This document shows positions 17,634 through 27,795 of a stretch of 44,161 nucleotides of DNA, piece after piece. The first letter of the stretch is position 1. Every line of letters starts with the position of its first letter. Made by a program: the position numbers and the translations under genes. The notes under the pieces were generated by a model. That model saw nothing but the letters and a program-made list of their open reading frames with translations. It was not told where the DNA came from and did not search any database. This DNA is from Limisphaerales bacterium (GTDB lineage: Bacteria; Verrucomicrobiota; Verrucomicrobiia; Limisphaerales; PALSA-1396): NCBI GenBank assembly GCA_003140275.1, contig PLJQ01000069.1, forward strand, positions 1 through 44,161, in the 5' to 3' direction.

Positions 17634-20600
17634 TCAAGCCGGCGCGTCGGCGGGCAATTCCCGGACGGGAATCAGAATGGTGAACGTGCTGCCGTTTCCC
17701 ACGGCGGATTCTACCATCAATCCACAACCTATTTTCCGCGCCAGTTCATAAACCATGGACAATCCCAGACCCGTGCCGCGACGTGCGGAAAAGCCCTTGG
17801 TGGTGAAAAATGGTTCAAAGATTCGTGGCATGATCTCTGGCGCGATGCCGCACCCAAAATCCTTCACCGCAATGAAAACGTACTTCGTCGCGCCAGCGGG
17901 TTGTAGGACCAGGTTCGTCGGTAATCGCGTTACTTCGCCGATCTTTAAAATGACACGACCCGGCCCGGCATAGGCATCAGCGGCGTTGAAGATGAAATTC
18001 AACAGCATTTGTTGAATGAAATCCTTGACGGTGGAAACTTTCGGCTGCGTGGTGGCTGGTTCGAATTGAATCTGCGCTTCCCGCTGAAAACGGTCGCCCA
18101 GCAGGGTAGCGGTTTCCTCCACGATGGCATTGACGTCGCACAGCACTGGCTGTTGATCGGAGGTCTGGCTGAAACCGAGCATCGCCTTCACGATACCCGT
18201 GCCCTGATCGACCACCAACTTGATGCGGTCGAGGCGGGTCCGGGTTTTTTCGCGGTTCTCCAAATTGTCTTCGATGATTTGCGCCGAGCCTTTGATGATG
18301 GAGAGAATACTGTTAAAATCGTGGGCAATGCCGGCCGCCAGCGTGCCGAGCGCCGTCATCTTCTGGCTTTGCAATAATTCCTGGTTGGCTTTCTCCAGTT
18401 GGCCGGTCCGCAACGCCACGATTTTTTCCACTTCGGCGTAGCTGCGCGCCAACTGACGGTGACGGTTGAGCGCGAGTGCCGCAAAAAAGAGCGCGATCGC
18501 CAACCCGGCCAGGGCAATGAGTACCAGCCGCGTTTCCTGGTACCACGGCAGCGCCACGGCAAATTCCAACAACGCGGGTTTGTTGTCCACGTTTCCGTTA
18601 CGGTCCATCGCACGCACTTGAAAATTATGGGTCCCGGCCTTTAACTCCGGAAATGAAACACTGATTTCGGTTTGGTAGGGCGACCACTCCTGCTGATCGA
18701 GGCGATAGGAGTAGAGTAAGCGTTCCGCCGGCGCAAATTTCCACTTGTCCCGTCCGCCAAATACCAACGTTACAACTGCTTCGGCGGAAGCATTTTTCTC
18801 GTTGATCACTTTCTGGATGAAGGTTCGCGGCGGGTCAATATCCGCTTCGGGATGATATACGCTCAGGCCGCGCGACGTGCCGGCCCAGATGCGCCCTTGC
18901 CGGTCTTCAAAGATTTCGCCGACCATCGCGCCGGGCAAGCCTTCCTCGACGGAATTTAAAGTCCACTCACCTTTGAAAAAGCGATGCATGCCATTGTTGT
19001 CGGCGGCCCAGACGCTCCCATCGCGGCTTTTGAGCAAGCTGTTTACCCGATCAAAACCGGAGTGGACAATCGACCATTGTTTCCCGTCGAATTGCCAGAT
19101 TCTATTCCGTCCACCGCACCAGATTTTCCCTTCTTCAATCTCCGCGATACAAAGCGTTCCGTCCGGCGCGTGGCCGTCCGCGGAGTCAAAGGTTTGCCAT
19201 TTGGTGTCGTGCTGGCAGGCCACGCCGCCATTGCCGCCCAACCAAATTCTTCCGTTTCGCGCAGTGAATAGGAAATAAAGTTCGCTGCCGAGATTCAAAT
19301 CCGCAGGCGGGTTCGGAAACGGATGAAAGACTTTGCCGTCGTAAATTTCCAGCCGGTAGTTGTCGGTCTTTTCTTGGTTGGGAAAAGTCTGCACACAAAG
19401 TGTACCGTCATCAAGTTGGCCGATCAATTTGGTCCGCGCCGTCAAGGGTCGTGAAACAAGGCTGAACGATTCAGTCGGTGGATCAAATCGCAACAGCTTT
19501 CCGCCGCCTTCCATTACTATGCTGCCATCGGGGGGACTAAAGAGCGCGTCGGTCGCTTGAAAATTGATTTCCAGATTGTCCGGGAAGCCATGGGTTTTCC
19601 AATGGTCATCCTGGAGCACGTTCAACGAAGTGGCATTGGCGAACCAGAGCCGACCCGCGCGATCTTCCCGAATCGAATGCACGAGCGAATTCAGGTGGCG
19701 AACGGCGGCGGGAGTACGCCAGGTCAATGGCGCGTAACGAAACAATCCCTCGGAAGTGGCCAGCCAGAAAATACCATTAGGTTCCGTCGCGACGTCGAAA
19801 TAAGAACCCGCCGAAACTTCTTCGTCTTCGATGATCTGCGCGCCGTCCGCTTCAAAGTGAAACAATGAATTGATGGTGGTGAATCGAAAGCGGTTGTCCG
19901 CATCGCGCCAGGCATGGCGAATTTTCTCCCCGCGCGCTTCGCGAACAGTCCACTGCCGCCCGTCAAAATAGACCAGCGCCTTGTGGTGAGTGGCCAACGA
20001 CTCGGCCACGGTTGTGATGCCGCCCTGGTCATCTTCGACTGGCGACTTCAAATCCTCAACCTGAAGCTGTGCCTCCAAAATAAACTCCTGCCATTCGGTT
20101 TCTGCATTCAAAACGCGGCCCGCTCCCGGAAATCGGCCAAGACCTTTCATGCCACTTATCCAAACGCCGCCCTCCCGCGCGGCAATCAGGTCCAAAAATT
20201 TTCCCAGCCGGGTCTGGTTCACATGACGAATGACGGTGGTTTTCGGTTGAAACTCGTTGTCGAATTCCATCAATCGATCCGTCAACAAAAACAACACGTG
20301 CCCCTGCTTCATCGGCACGAGCGACACCGGCCAGGTTTGGCGCAGGGCGTTCGCTTGGTATTCAGCGCGGATTTCGTTGATCGGATAACGAATCCACGTT
20401 CCGTCACGATATTCCTGCAGCCCCTCCGGATAGACAGCCCAAAGTTGTCCAGCCCGGCCTTCATACACCCGGTAATTTCCGACTCCCGGTGAAGGAATGG
20501 ATTTCACCTCATAACCATCGAACCAATTGATCGTATCTACGTCGAAATGTCTGACCCAGACATTGCCGCGTGGGCTTACCGTCACCGACGTGGTAAACGA

Positions 20601-20729
20601 TTCCGTCAACCCATCGGCCGCTTTGAACGCCCGCCAATTTGACGCCCGCTGCGCCCAACTGGCTGCCGGCATCGTGCATAAAGCACCAAGCAAAATCGGA
20701 AACCAACGTGCAGGCGACATTTGTTTCAT
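17634..20729 (-). CDS. Sensor histidine kinase with large periplasmic two-component-regulator beta-propeller / Y_Y_Y sensor
   Basis: The start is taken at MKQMSPARWFPILLGALCTMPAASWAQ (a signal-like leader). Repeated ..G.lW.gt..Gl propeller motifs are followed by a TM segment (LVLIALAGLAIALFFAALAL). The H-box is AGIAHDFNSIL and the HATPase_c G-boxes are DFGCGI...GTGLGLS. Confidence 0.85.
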   Translation of the reverse strand: MKQMSPARWFPILLGALCTMPAASWAQRASNWRAFKAADGLTESFTTSVTVSPRGNVWVRHFDVDTINWFDGYEVKSIPSPGVGNYRVYEGRAGQLWAVYPEGLQEYRDGTWIRYPINEIRAEYQANALRQTWPVSLVPMKQGHVLFLLTDRLMEFDNEFQPKTTVIRHVNQTRLGKFLDLIAAREGGVWISGMKGLGRFPGAGRVLNAETEWQEFILEAQLQVEDLKSPVEDDQGGITTVAESLATHHKALVYFDGRQWTVREARGEKIRHAWRDADNRFRFTTINSLFHFEADGAQIIEDEEVSAGSYFDVATEPNGIFWLATSEGLFRYAPLTWRTPAAVRHLNSLVHSIREDRAGRLWFANATSLNVLQDDHWKTHGFPDNLEINFQATDALFSPPDGSIVMEGGGKLLRFDPPTESFSLVSRPLTARTKLIGQLDDGTLCVQTFPNQEKTDNYRLEIYDGKVFHPFPNPPADLNLGSELYFLFTARNGRIWLGGNGGVACQHDTKWQTFDSADGHAPDGTLCIAEIEEGKIWCGGRNRIWQFDGKQWSIVHSGFDRVNSLLKSRDGSVWAADNNGMHRFFKGEWTLNSVEEGLPGAMVGEIFEDRQGRIWAGTSRGLSVYHPEADIDPPRTFIQKVINEKNASAEAVVTLVFGGRDKWKFAPAERLLYSYRLDQQEWSPYQTEISVSFPELKAGTHNFQVRAMDRNGNVDNKPALLEFAVALPWYQETRLVLIALAGLAIALFFAALALNRHRQLARSYAEVEKIVALRTGQLEKANQELLQSQKMTALGTLAAGIAHDFNSILSIIKGSAQIIEDNLENREKTRTRLDRIKLVVDQGTGIVKAMLGFSQTSDQQPVLCDVNAIVEETATLLGDRFQREAQIQFEPATTQPKVSTVKDFIQQMLLNFIFNAADAYAGPGRVILKIGEVTRLPTNLVLQPAGATKYVFIAVKDFGCGIAPEIMPRIFEPFFTTKGFSARRGTGLGLSMVYELARKIGCGLMVESAVGNGSTFTILIPVRELPADAPA

Positions 20730-21147
20730 CAAGTTCAATCGAACGGTGAACGACAAAACGATTGCCCGGACAAACGGCAACATCAAGCCTGCTTTTGAGT
20801 GTGCGACCAAACGCACAGGGGATGCCCGCAAATTCACAATTCGGAGTGAACGTAGAAAACTCGAATATTCTCAGCCGCTGGCCTCGGTTCGGTTAGTTCA
20901 TTCTCCGCGCGTCACTGCGGTCTTAGCTTTGCCAGCTTAAAACGTCGTTGCTCATTACCTGGCCAAACTTATTTTGTCATTCCCATTTCATTTTTATTGG
21001 GTTCTCATACGTCAGATTTATTAGCGATTTCTTTCAGCCCGATTCTGATTTTACTCGGGTGTTTCCATCATCCTGAATCGTTAAAATTTTCTTTCGGCGC
21101 AACTCGGAAAGGGAGTAGGGTCTCACCGGATTTCCGAATCAGAGATT
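20730..21147. promoter_or_regulatory. Divergent intergenic region between the sensor kinase operon and the giant ThuA/dehydrogenase-like gene
   Basis: This is 418 nt that is noncoding by my reading and AT-rich in the 20940-21080 portion. Genes diverge from it on both strands. Confidence 0.3.
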
Positions 21148-24100
21148 ATGAAACGAAAATGTGCCTTCGCTCTCGCGCTGATTATTTCCCTCACGCCGCT
21201 ACTTGCCCAACAGAACAAGCCGCTCCGCGTCTTTATCCGCGCCGGCGAGAAAACGCACGGGCCGGCCGGCAACGGTCAGCACGACGGCCCGCTCTTTCTG
21301 AAGGAATGGAAGGTGATGCTCAATCAACGTGGCACGAAGTGCGATGGCGCGATTGGTTTTCCGACGGCCACGCAACTGGAGAACACGGACGTGCTGGTCA
21401 TGTATTCGGCGGAAGGCGGCACGATCAAGCCGGAAGACCGCGCAAACCTTGACAAGTTTCTCAAGCGCGGCGGCGGCATTGTCGCGTTGCATGACTCGGT
21501 TTGTGGCAACGATCCGCAATGGTTCAAGACCATCATTGGCGGCGCGTGGGAGCACGGACACTCGAAGTGGTTCGAAGGCGACATTTCGTTTTACTACCTC
21601 GATCAGCAGAACCCGATCACCGATGAATGCTCGAACTTCGATTTCAACGACGAAATTTACTGGGACCTGCACCTGATGCCGGAGGCGAAAATCCTCGCCG
21701 CCTCCTGGTCGCCGGACAAACGAAACATGAAGAACGGGCAACCGTTTCCGCACATTTACGATGTCATCCCGCAGATGTGGACTTACGAGAAGGACAATTA
21801 CCGCGCGTTCGTGTGCATTCCTGGTCATCACTACAAATCGTTCAACCTGCCGCATTTTCGCGCCGTCGTCCTGCGCGGCATCGCCTGGGCCGGCAAGCGC
21901 GATGTTAATTCGCTTTGCAGCAAGGAAGAACTCTCCAACCTGCGTTATCCTGAAGGCGGCCCTACGGTTCCGGAAAAAGCCGCTGCGAAACTCGAACTTC
22001 ATCCTGATTTCAACATCAAACTGGTCGCCGCGGAACCGCTCATCAACAAGCCGATTGCGCTCGACTGGGACTCCGCCGGGCGGCTGTGGGTGGCCGAAAC
22101 GCCGGAGTATCCCAACGGACGTCGCGGCATCAAGCCCGACCAGAGCGCCGCACCCTGGAAAGACCACGGCGGATTGGACGACACACCCGGCAAGCAAGAA
22201 CGTCCGGCGCACGACCGCATCAGCATTCTCCGGGACACGAATGGTGACGGGCGCATGGATAAAAAGGAAATCTTCTACGAGGGATTGGAATTGGTCACGG
22301 GATTTGTCTTTTACCGCGATGGCGTGATTGTGTCGCAAGCGCCGGACATCCTCTGGTTGCGCGACACGAATGGGGATGGGAAGGCGGACCGGGTGGAAAA
22401 GCTTTACACCGGTCTCGGCACTTTCGACACGCACGCCGTGATCAATAATTTGCGTTGGGGTTACGATGGCTGGATTTATGCGACGCATGGTTACAGCGGC
22501 AGCGATCACGTAAAGAACGGCGGGGGCGACAAGGACTTTGGCCGTATCAACTCCGGCGTCGTGCGCTTCAAGCCGGACGGCAGCGCGTTCGAGCAGTATT
22601 GCTCGAAAGGCGGCAACACATGGGGTCTGGACTTTGGCTGGGAAAACGAACTCTTTTTCACCCAGCCGACCAGCGGCGACCTGCTCATGAACGTTGTCCT
22701 TCCGGAAGACGTTTTGGCGCGCGGGAAGGTCGGCAACACGACGAGTTTCAAGATCGTAAAGAAAAGCCCAAAATCTTTCCCGCTCATAAAATCTGAGAAC
22801 CTGGCTTATGTGCAAATTGATTTGGTTGGCTCATTCACGGCGGCCGCCGGTTGCGCCATTTACGACGGCGGTACGTGGCCGGGCGAGTGGCGCTACAATT
22901 ATTTCACGACCGAGCCAACCATCAACATCGTCCATCACGAAGTCGTGACGCCTGAGGGCGTGAGCTACACTGCGAACAAAACTCGGGAAGCGGAATTCAT
23001 CGGCTCGCACGATCTTTGGTTCCGCCCGATTGAAACGCGCATCGGGCCGGACGGCGCGCTTTACATTCTCGATTTCTACAACCAAGCCGTGATCCACAAC
23101 GACACGCGCGGCCCCAAGCACAATGGCGTCAACGCCGCGGTACGACCGGATCGCGATCATTACTTCGGGCGCATCTGGCGCGTCGATCACAAGCAAGCAA
23201 AGGAGCTTGTGGTGCCGAATCTGGCAACGGCGTCGCCCGAACAACTCGTCAAGGCGCTGGAGCATCCCAATCGCGCGGTGCGGATGACAGCGCAACGGTT
23301 ATTGAGTGAGAGCGCTGACGCGGCAGCCGCCTTCAAGCCAAGTGACAGGTTGAAACCCAAGTATGCGCCAGATAACGCCCGCGCGGCGAACAAACAGCCG
23401 TTGATAAGATTTAGTGAGCGAGGAGATAGTGCGACTGTCTCCAAATTACGTAATTTGTTAAAATCCAAGGATGCGCCGGAATATGCCCGCATTCATGCAC
23501 TCTGGCTTTTGGAGTCCATGGGCAGATTAGGCACACTCGAGTTAATCTCTGGCATCAACGACACCGCGCCGGCCATAAGCAAGAATGCGCTTCAAATCGC
23601 CGCGGAGAATCCCTTGACCCTTGGTTATGGGCCAAAACTTGGAATTTCGATTCTTCCGCGCCTCAAAAATTCCGATCCACGCACGCGGCTTGCAGCCATT
23701 GTCGCTCTCGGTGCGTTTCCGACGACTGAAGAAATTAGGCGCAAGGCGGCCTTGCGCACAGACGGCCTGACGAACGCTTTTCCAGTAACCCGAAAGATCA
23801 CGGAAGAATTGGTGGCGATTTACCCGGACTTGCAAGACCAGTGGTCACAGTCTGCCGTCGTCGCTGTCGGTGCGAAAGCACCGACCATTTTCCTCAGCGC
23901 AGCATTGACCGCGACAAATCCTGAGCCATTGATTAGTTTGGTTGGTGAGTTAAGCAAGCAAGTGGCGTCAAAACAGGATGCCGGACTTGCCGCGCAACTG
24001 GTGGCTTCAATTGCCGCTGAAGCCGCCTCCGCCGACGCCCTCAAACAAATCGTTTTGGAAAACCTGGCCAAAGGATTGAAACCGGAGACATTCCCCGTGT

Positions 24101-26418
24101 GGACACCGGAATTACAGAAGGCGTTTCAATCTTTGCTCGCTTCGGCCAACCCCGTCGTGCCTGCCGCCGCTCTTCCGCTCATTGCTCGCTGGGACAAAAG
24201 CGGTGCGTTGTCAGGCGACTTAAAATCCCTCGTGGCGAAGCTCACTTCCCAATTAAACGACGCCTCGCAACCTGACGAACACCGCGCCCAGGTCGTTATT
24301 AGTTTGCTGGCCGTGCGTCAGATGAATGCGGACGTTCTGCCATCCGTTGCCAGAATTTTCGGCTCGTCCGGTTCGCCGGCTTTGCAACGCCGGGTCATTG
24401 AATCGCTTGGTGCCACCGCGGATTCGTCCGTTGGCTCAATCCTTGTTGTGGCGCATCCTAAACTTTCGCCGGAGTTGCAGGAAGCGGCTTTTGGTCAATT
24501 GATCAAACGTGCTGATTGGTCGCTGGCGCTGGTTGAAGCCCTCAAGAGCGGTCAAATCAACCTCACCACGCTCGGCCCGGCGGCGATCCACCGTTTGCGG
24601 ACTCACAGCGACAATAACGTGGCCCAGCGCGCCAACGCCGTCATCGACGAATTGCGCGGGCCGGAAGTGAAAGAAAAGAACGAACTTATCGCGAAGTTCA
24701 CACCACTCGTTGAGAAACCGGGCGACGTTGAAAACGGCCACAAACTATTCACGCAAAATTGCGCCACTTGTCACAAGTTCAATGGCGAAGGCAAAGACCT
24801 TGCGCCTGATCTCACCGGCATGGGCGTGCATGGTGCGCCAGAGTTGCTCGTCCACGTGCTTGATCCGAACCGCGTGGTGGAGCCGAGCTTCATTTCTTAC
24901 AGCGTTGAGACGAAGGATGGCCAGTCGTTCGACGGGATCATTGCTCGCGAAAACAAAACCAGCGTGATGCTGCGCAACGCCAGCGGCGACGTGGAAGTTA
25001 AGACCGCCGATATTAAATCGCGTCGCAACACCGGTCTCTCACTCATGCCGAACGGATTTGAGGCGCTGGGGGGCGACGGTTTGCGCGACCTGCTGGGTTA
25101 CATCTGCGCCGGTGAAGCGAAATATCGCGTGCTCGATCTCAAGCCCGCGTTCACCGCCGACAGCCGGAAGGGCATTTACATTACTCAGGAAAGTCTGGCG
25201 GAAACGCTGGAGTTCAGAAAATTCGGATTGATCAAGGCCGGCGATGTTCCGTTTGAGATCGTCAATCCGGCCAAAACCACGACCGGCAATAACGTAATCG
25301 TTCTCAAGGGCGGCAGTGGTTTTGCCAAAACGCTCGCGCAAAAAGTTGAGATTACAAACGTGGGCGTCAAAGCGAGCAAACTGCATTTCCTCGGCGGCGT
25401 GGGTGGCTGGGCCTGGCCTTGCTGCGGCGACAGCAAGAATGAAAATCTGCCGGTCGCCAAAGTTGAGGTTCAATACGCCGACGGGCAGCGCGAGGAAATT
25501 ATTTTGAAGAACGGCGTGGAGTTCGTGGATTACATCAACGCAAGTTATGAAGTGCCCGGCTCGAAACAAGTGCCGGACTTGGTGACGCATGGCCAGGTCC
25601 GCTGGTTCACGAAAGCATTAAGACACCCGGCGGTCATTCAAAAAATCACCCTGGAAAGTTTCGATAATATCGTCGCGCCAACGTTCGTGGGCATCACGGC
25701 AGAACTGGCGGAGGCTGACCCAAAGCAGATTTCTTCGACGGTAGCTCCGGGGAATTTCAGTAACGGCGTTTCATCCATTGTCACCAGAGTATTGATCGTG
25801 GGTGGCGGGAGTTCGCACGATTTTGGCAGCTGGTTTAACCAGGCGGACGCCGCCACGTTAATTGCAACCGGCAACGCGATGGTGAACTACACGGAACAAA
25901 TCCCCACTATTTTACCCGCGCTGCAAGAACTTGACGTGCTGTATCTGAGCAACAATCAGCCGATGACCGATCCCGCGCTGCGGAAAGGAATTTTTGAATT
26001 TGCCGACTCAGGAAAAGGCTTGCTGCTGGTGCATCCGGCCCTTTGGTACAACTGGAAAGATTGGCCGGAATATAATCGTGTGCTGGTCGGCGGCGGCGCC
26101 AAGAGTCACGATAAGTTCGGTGAGTTTGAAGTCACCGTGATTGAACCTGCTCATCCGCTCATGGCGGGTGTTCCGATGAATTTCAAAATCACGGACGAGC
26201 TGTACAATTTCATTCAAGACGAGCAGGGGACACCTCTTCAGGTCCTGGCAACGGGCAAGAGTCCAATCACCGGCAAAACGTTCCCGGTTGTCTGGATCAC
26301 GAAACATCCAAAAGCGCGCATCGTTTGCATTACGTTGGGTCACGATGGCAACGCGCACGAACATCCTTCCTACAAAACGGTTCTCCAAAACAGTCTGAAG
26401 TGGGCGGCGGGCAAATAA
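21148..26418 (+). CDS. Giant secreted fusion protein: ThuA-like domain, membrane-bound-dehydrogenase-like beta-propeller, HEAT repeats, PVC-type CxxCH heme-binding domain, second ThuA-like domain
   Basis: The signal peptide is MKRKCAFALALIISLTPLLAQQ. The N-terminal ThuA-like region is LRVFIRAGEKTHG...GGGIVALHD. The propeller region includes ...LWVAETPEYPNG...DTNGDGKAD...GNTWGLDFG. HEAT-like repeats include HPNRAVRMTAQRLL and DPRTRLAAIVALG. The heme motif CATCH lies at 24760-24774 in GHKLFTQNCATCHKFNGEG. The C-terminal ThuA-like region is VLIVGGGSSHDF...LGHDGNAHEH. Confidence 0.85.
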   Translation: MKRKCAFALALIISLTPLLAQQNKPLRVFIRAGEKTHGPAGNGQHDGPLFLKEWKVMLNQRGTKCDGAIGFPTATQLENTDVLVMYSAEGGTIKPEDRANLDKFLKRGGGIVALHDSVCGNDPQWFKTIIGGAWEHGHSKWFEGDISFYYLDQQNPITDECSNFDFNDEIYWDLHLMPEAKILAASWSPDKRNMKNGQPFPHIYDVIPQMWTYEKDNYRAFVCIPGHHYKSFNLPHFRAVVLRGIAWAGKRDVNSLCSKEELSNLRYPEGGPTVPEKAAAKLELHPDFNIKLVAAEPLINKPIALDWDSAGRLWVAETPEYPNGRRGIKPDQSAAPWKDHGGLDDTPGKQERPAHDRISILRDTNGDGRMDKKEIFYEGLELVTGFVFYRDGVIVSQAPDILWLRDTNGDGKADRVEKLYTGLGTFDTHAVINNLRWGYDGWIYATHGYSGSDHVKNGGGDKDFGRINSGVVRFKPDGSAFEQYCSKGGNTWGLDFGWENELFFTQPTSGDLLMNVVLPEDVLARGKVGNTTSFKIVKKSPKSFPLIKSENLAYVQIDLVGSFTAAAGCAIYDGGTWPGEWRYNYFTTEPTINIVHHEVVTPEGVSYTANKTREAEFIGSHDLWFRPIETRIGPDGALYILDFYNQAVIHNDTRGPKHNGVNAAVRPDRDHYFGRIWRVDHKQAKELVVPNLATASPEQLVKALEHPNRAVRMTAQRLLSESADAAAAFKPSDRLKPKYAPDNARAANKQPLIRFSERGDSATVSKLRNLLKSKDAPEYARIHALWLLESMGRLGTLELISGINDTAPAISKNALQIAAENPLTLGYGPKLGISILPRLKNSDPRTRLAAIVALGAFPTTEEIRRKAALRTDGLTNAFPVTRKITEELVAIYPDLQDQWSQSAVVAVGAKAPTIFLSAALTATNPEPLISLVGELSKQVASKQDAGLAAQLVASIAAEAASADALKQIVLENLAKGLKPETFPVWTPELQKAFQSLLASANPVVPAAALPLIARWDKSGALSGDLKSLVAKLTSQLNDASQPDEHRAQVVISLLAVRQMNADVLPSVARIFGSSGSPALQRRVIESLGATADSSVGSILVVAHPKLSPELQEAAFGQLIKRADWSLALVEALKSGQINLTTLGPAAIHRLRTHSDNNVAQRANAVIDELRGPEVKEKNELIAKFTPLVEKPGDVENGHKLFTQNCATCHKFNGEGKDLAPDLTGMGVHGAPELLVHVLDPNRVVEPSFISYSVETKDGQSFDGIIARENKTSVMLRNASGDVEVKTADIKSRRNTGLSLMPNGFEALGGDGLRDLLGYICAGEAKYRVLDLKPAFTADSRKGIYITQESLAETLEFRKFGLIKAGDVPFEIVNPAKTTTGNNVIVLKGGSGFAKTLAQKVEITNVGVKASKLHFLGGVGGWAWPCCGDSKNENLPVAKVEVQYADGQREEIILKNGVEFVDYINASYEVPGSKQVPDLVTHGQVRWFTKALRHPAVIQKITLESFDNIVAPTFVGITAELAEADPKQISSTVAPGNFSNGVSSIVTRVLIVGGGSSHDFGSWFNQADAATLIATGNAMVNYTEQIPTILPALQELDVLYLSNNQPMTDPALRKGIFEFADSGKGLLLVHPALWYNWKDWPEYNRVLVGGGAKSHDKFGEFEVTVIEPAHPLMAGVPMNFKITDELYNFIQDEQGTPLQVLATGKSPITGKTFPVVWITKHPKARIVCITLGHDGNAHEHPSYKTVLQNSLKWAAGK

Positions 26419-26499
26419 TCAGCGGAGTTGAGCGCATAAACTCATCAACGTTAAGCAATACTTGACGGTAGCCGGCGAAAACCAAACACTTTCTATACT

Positions 26500-27795
26500 A
26501 TGCAACTAACACGACTGCTCGCGCTTTTCATCGCTGCCTTCTCCCTCGTCGCCAATGCTCAACCCCTCGAGCAGAAGCCCGCCGATTCTTATTTCGAGAA
26601 ATTCAAGCCGGTCAAGGCGCCACAACCTTCCCATCTGGTTTTGCAGACAGGCGATCGTCTGGCGATTTGCGGCGATTCCATCACCGAGCAGAAGATGTAT
26701 TCGCGGATTATGGAAACCTACCTCACGGTTTGCGTCCCCGAATTGGAGATCACGGTGCGCCAATACGGCTGGGGCGGCGAGAGGGCGCCGGGTTTTCTCG
26801 CTCGCATGACCAATGATTGTCTGCGGTTCAGGCCCACCATTGCCACGACTTGCTATGGCATGAATGACCATGGCTACCGCGCCTACGCGCCGGAGATCGG
26901 GCAGCGTTATCGCGAAGCCTCCATCGCAGTCGTCGAAGCTTTCAAACATGATGGCGCGCGAGTGATCCTCGGCTCGCCGGGCTGTGTTGGGCCGAAAGTG
27001 CCGTGGGCCAAGGGTTCAGCGGAGGAGTTGAATTTGAATCTCTGCGAACTGCGCAACCTCGACATCGAAATTGCGCAGGCAGAGAGGATTGGTTTTGCGG
27101 ACGTCTTTTGGCCGATGTTAACGACGGAATTTGCCGCGCACCAGAAATACGGTCCGGATTATTTGATCGCGGGCAAGGATGCCGTGCATCCGGGTTGGGC
27201 CGGGCATCTCGTCATGGCTTACGCGTTCTTGAAAGCGTTCGATCTGGACGGCGAGATCGGCACCATCACGGTGAACCTGGGTTCACAAAAAGCAAGCGTC
27301 TCTGCCGGGCACGAATTGTTGGCCTTCAAAGACGGCGAAGTGCAAATCAAGAGCCGGCGTTATCCGTTTTGCGCCGCGGGCGGCGATGTGGCGAAGGACG
27401 ACAACATCCGTTCAGCCATGACGCTGATTCCATTCAATCAGGAATTGAACCGGCTGACATTGCTGGTCAAGGGTGGAACGGTGAAGAATTACAAAGTGAC
27501 GTGGGGCGCGGAAACCAAATCTTACTCCGCCGATCAATTGGCCCAAGGGGTAAATTTGGCCGCGGACTTCGCGGCGAATCCGTTCTCCGAGGCGTTTGCA
27601 AAAGTGGACGCTGCCGTGACCGCCAAGCAGAACTACGAAACCAAACAAATCAAACAACTGTTTCACGGTGAAGAAGGCAAAGTGGACATGGCTGCAACCG
27701 TGGCATTGACAGAACAAGCCCGCGTTCCACTGGCCGACGCGATCCGGCAAGCCTTCGTGCCGGTAACCCACACGATCAAGATCGCAGCCGAGTGA
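26500..27795 (+). CDS. SGNH/GDSL-family hydrolase, secreted
   Basis: The signal peptide is MQLTRLLALFIAAFSLVANAQ. Block I is LAICGDSITEQ, and later blocks include GMNDHG and DAVHPG (catalytic D-x-x-H). Confidence 0.8.
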   Translation: MQLTRLLALFIAAFSLVANAQPLEQKPADSYFEKFKPVKAPQPSHLVLQTGDRLAICGDSITEQKMYSRIMETYLTVCVPELEITVRQYGWGGERAPGFLARMTNDCLRFRPTIATTCYGMNDHGYRAYAPEIGQRYREASIAVVEAFKHDGARVILGSPGCVGPKVPWAKGSAEELNLNLCELRNLDIEIAQAERIGFADVFWPMLTTEFAAHQKYGPDYLIAGKDAVHPGWAGHLVMAYAFLKAFDLDGEIGTITVNLGSQKASVSAGHELLAFKDGEVQIKSRRYPFCAAGGDVAKDDNIRSAMTLIPFNQELNRLTLLVKGGTVKNYKVTWGAETKSYSADQLAQGVNLAADFAANPFSEAFAKVDAAVTAKQNYETKQIKQLFHGEEGKVDMAATVALTEQARVPLADAIRQAFVPVTHTIKIAAE

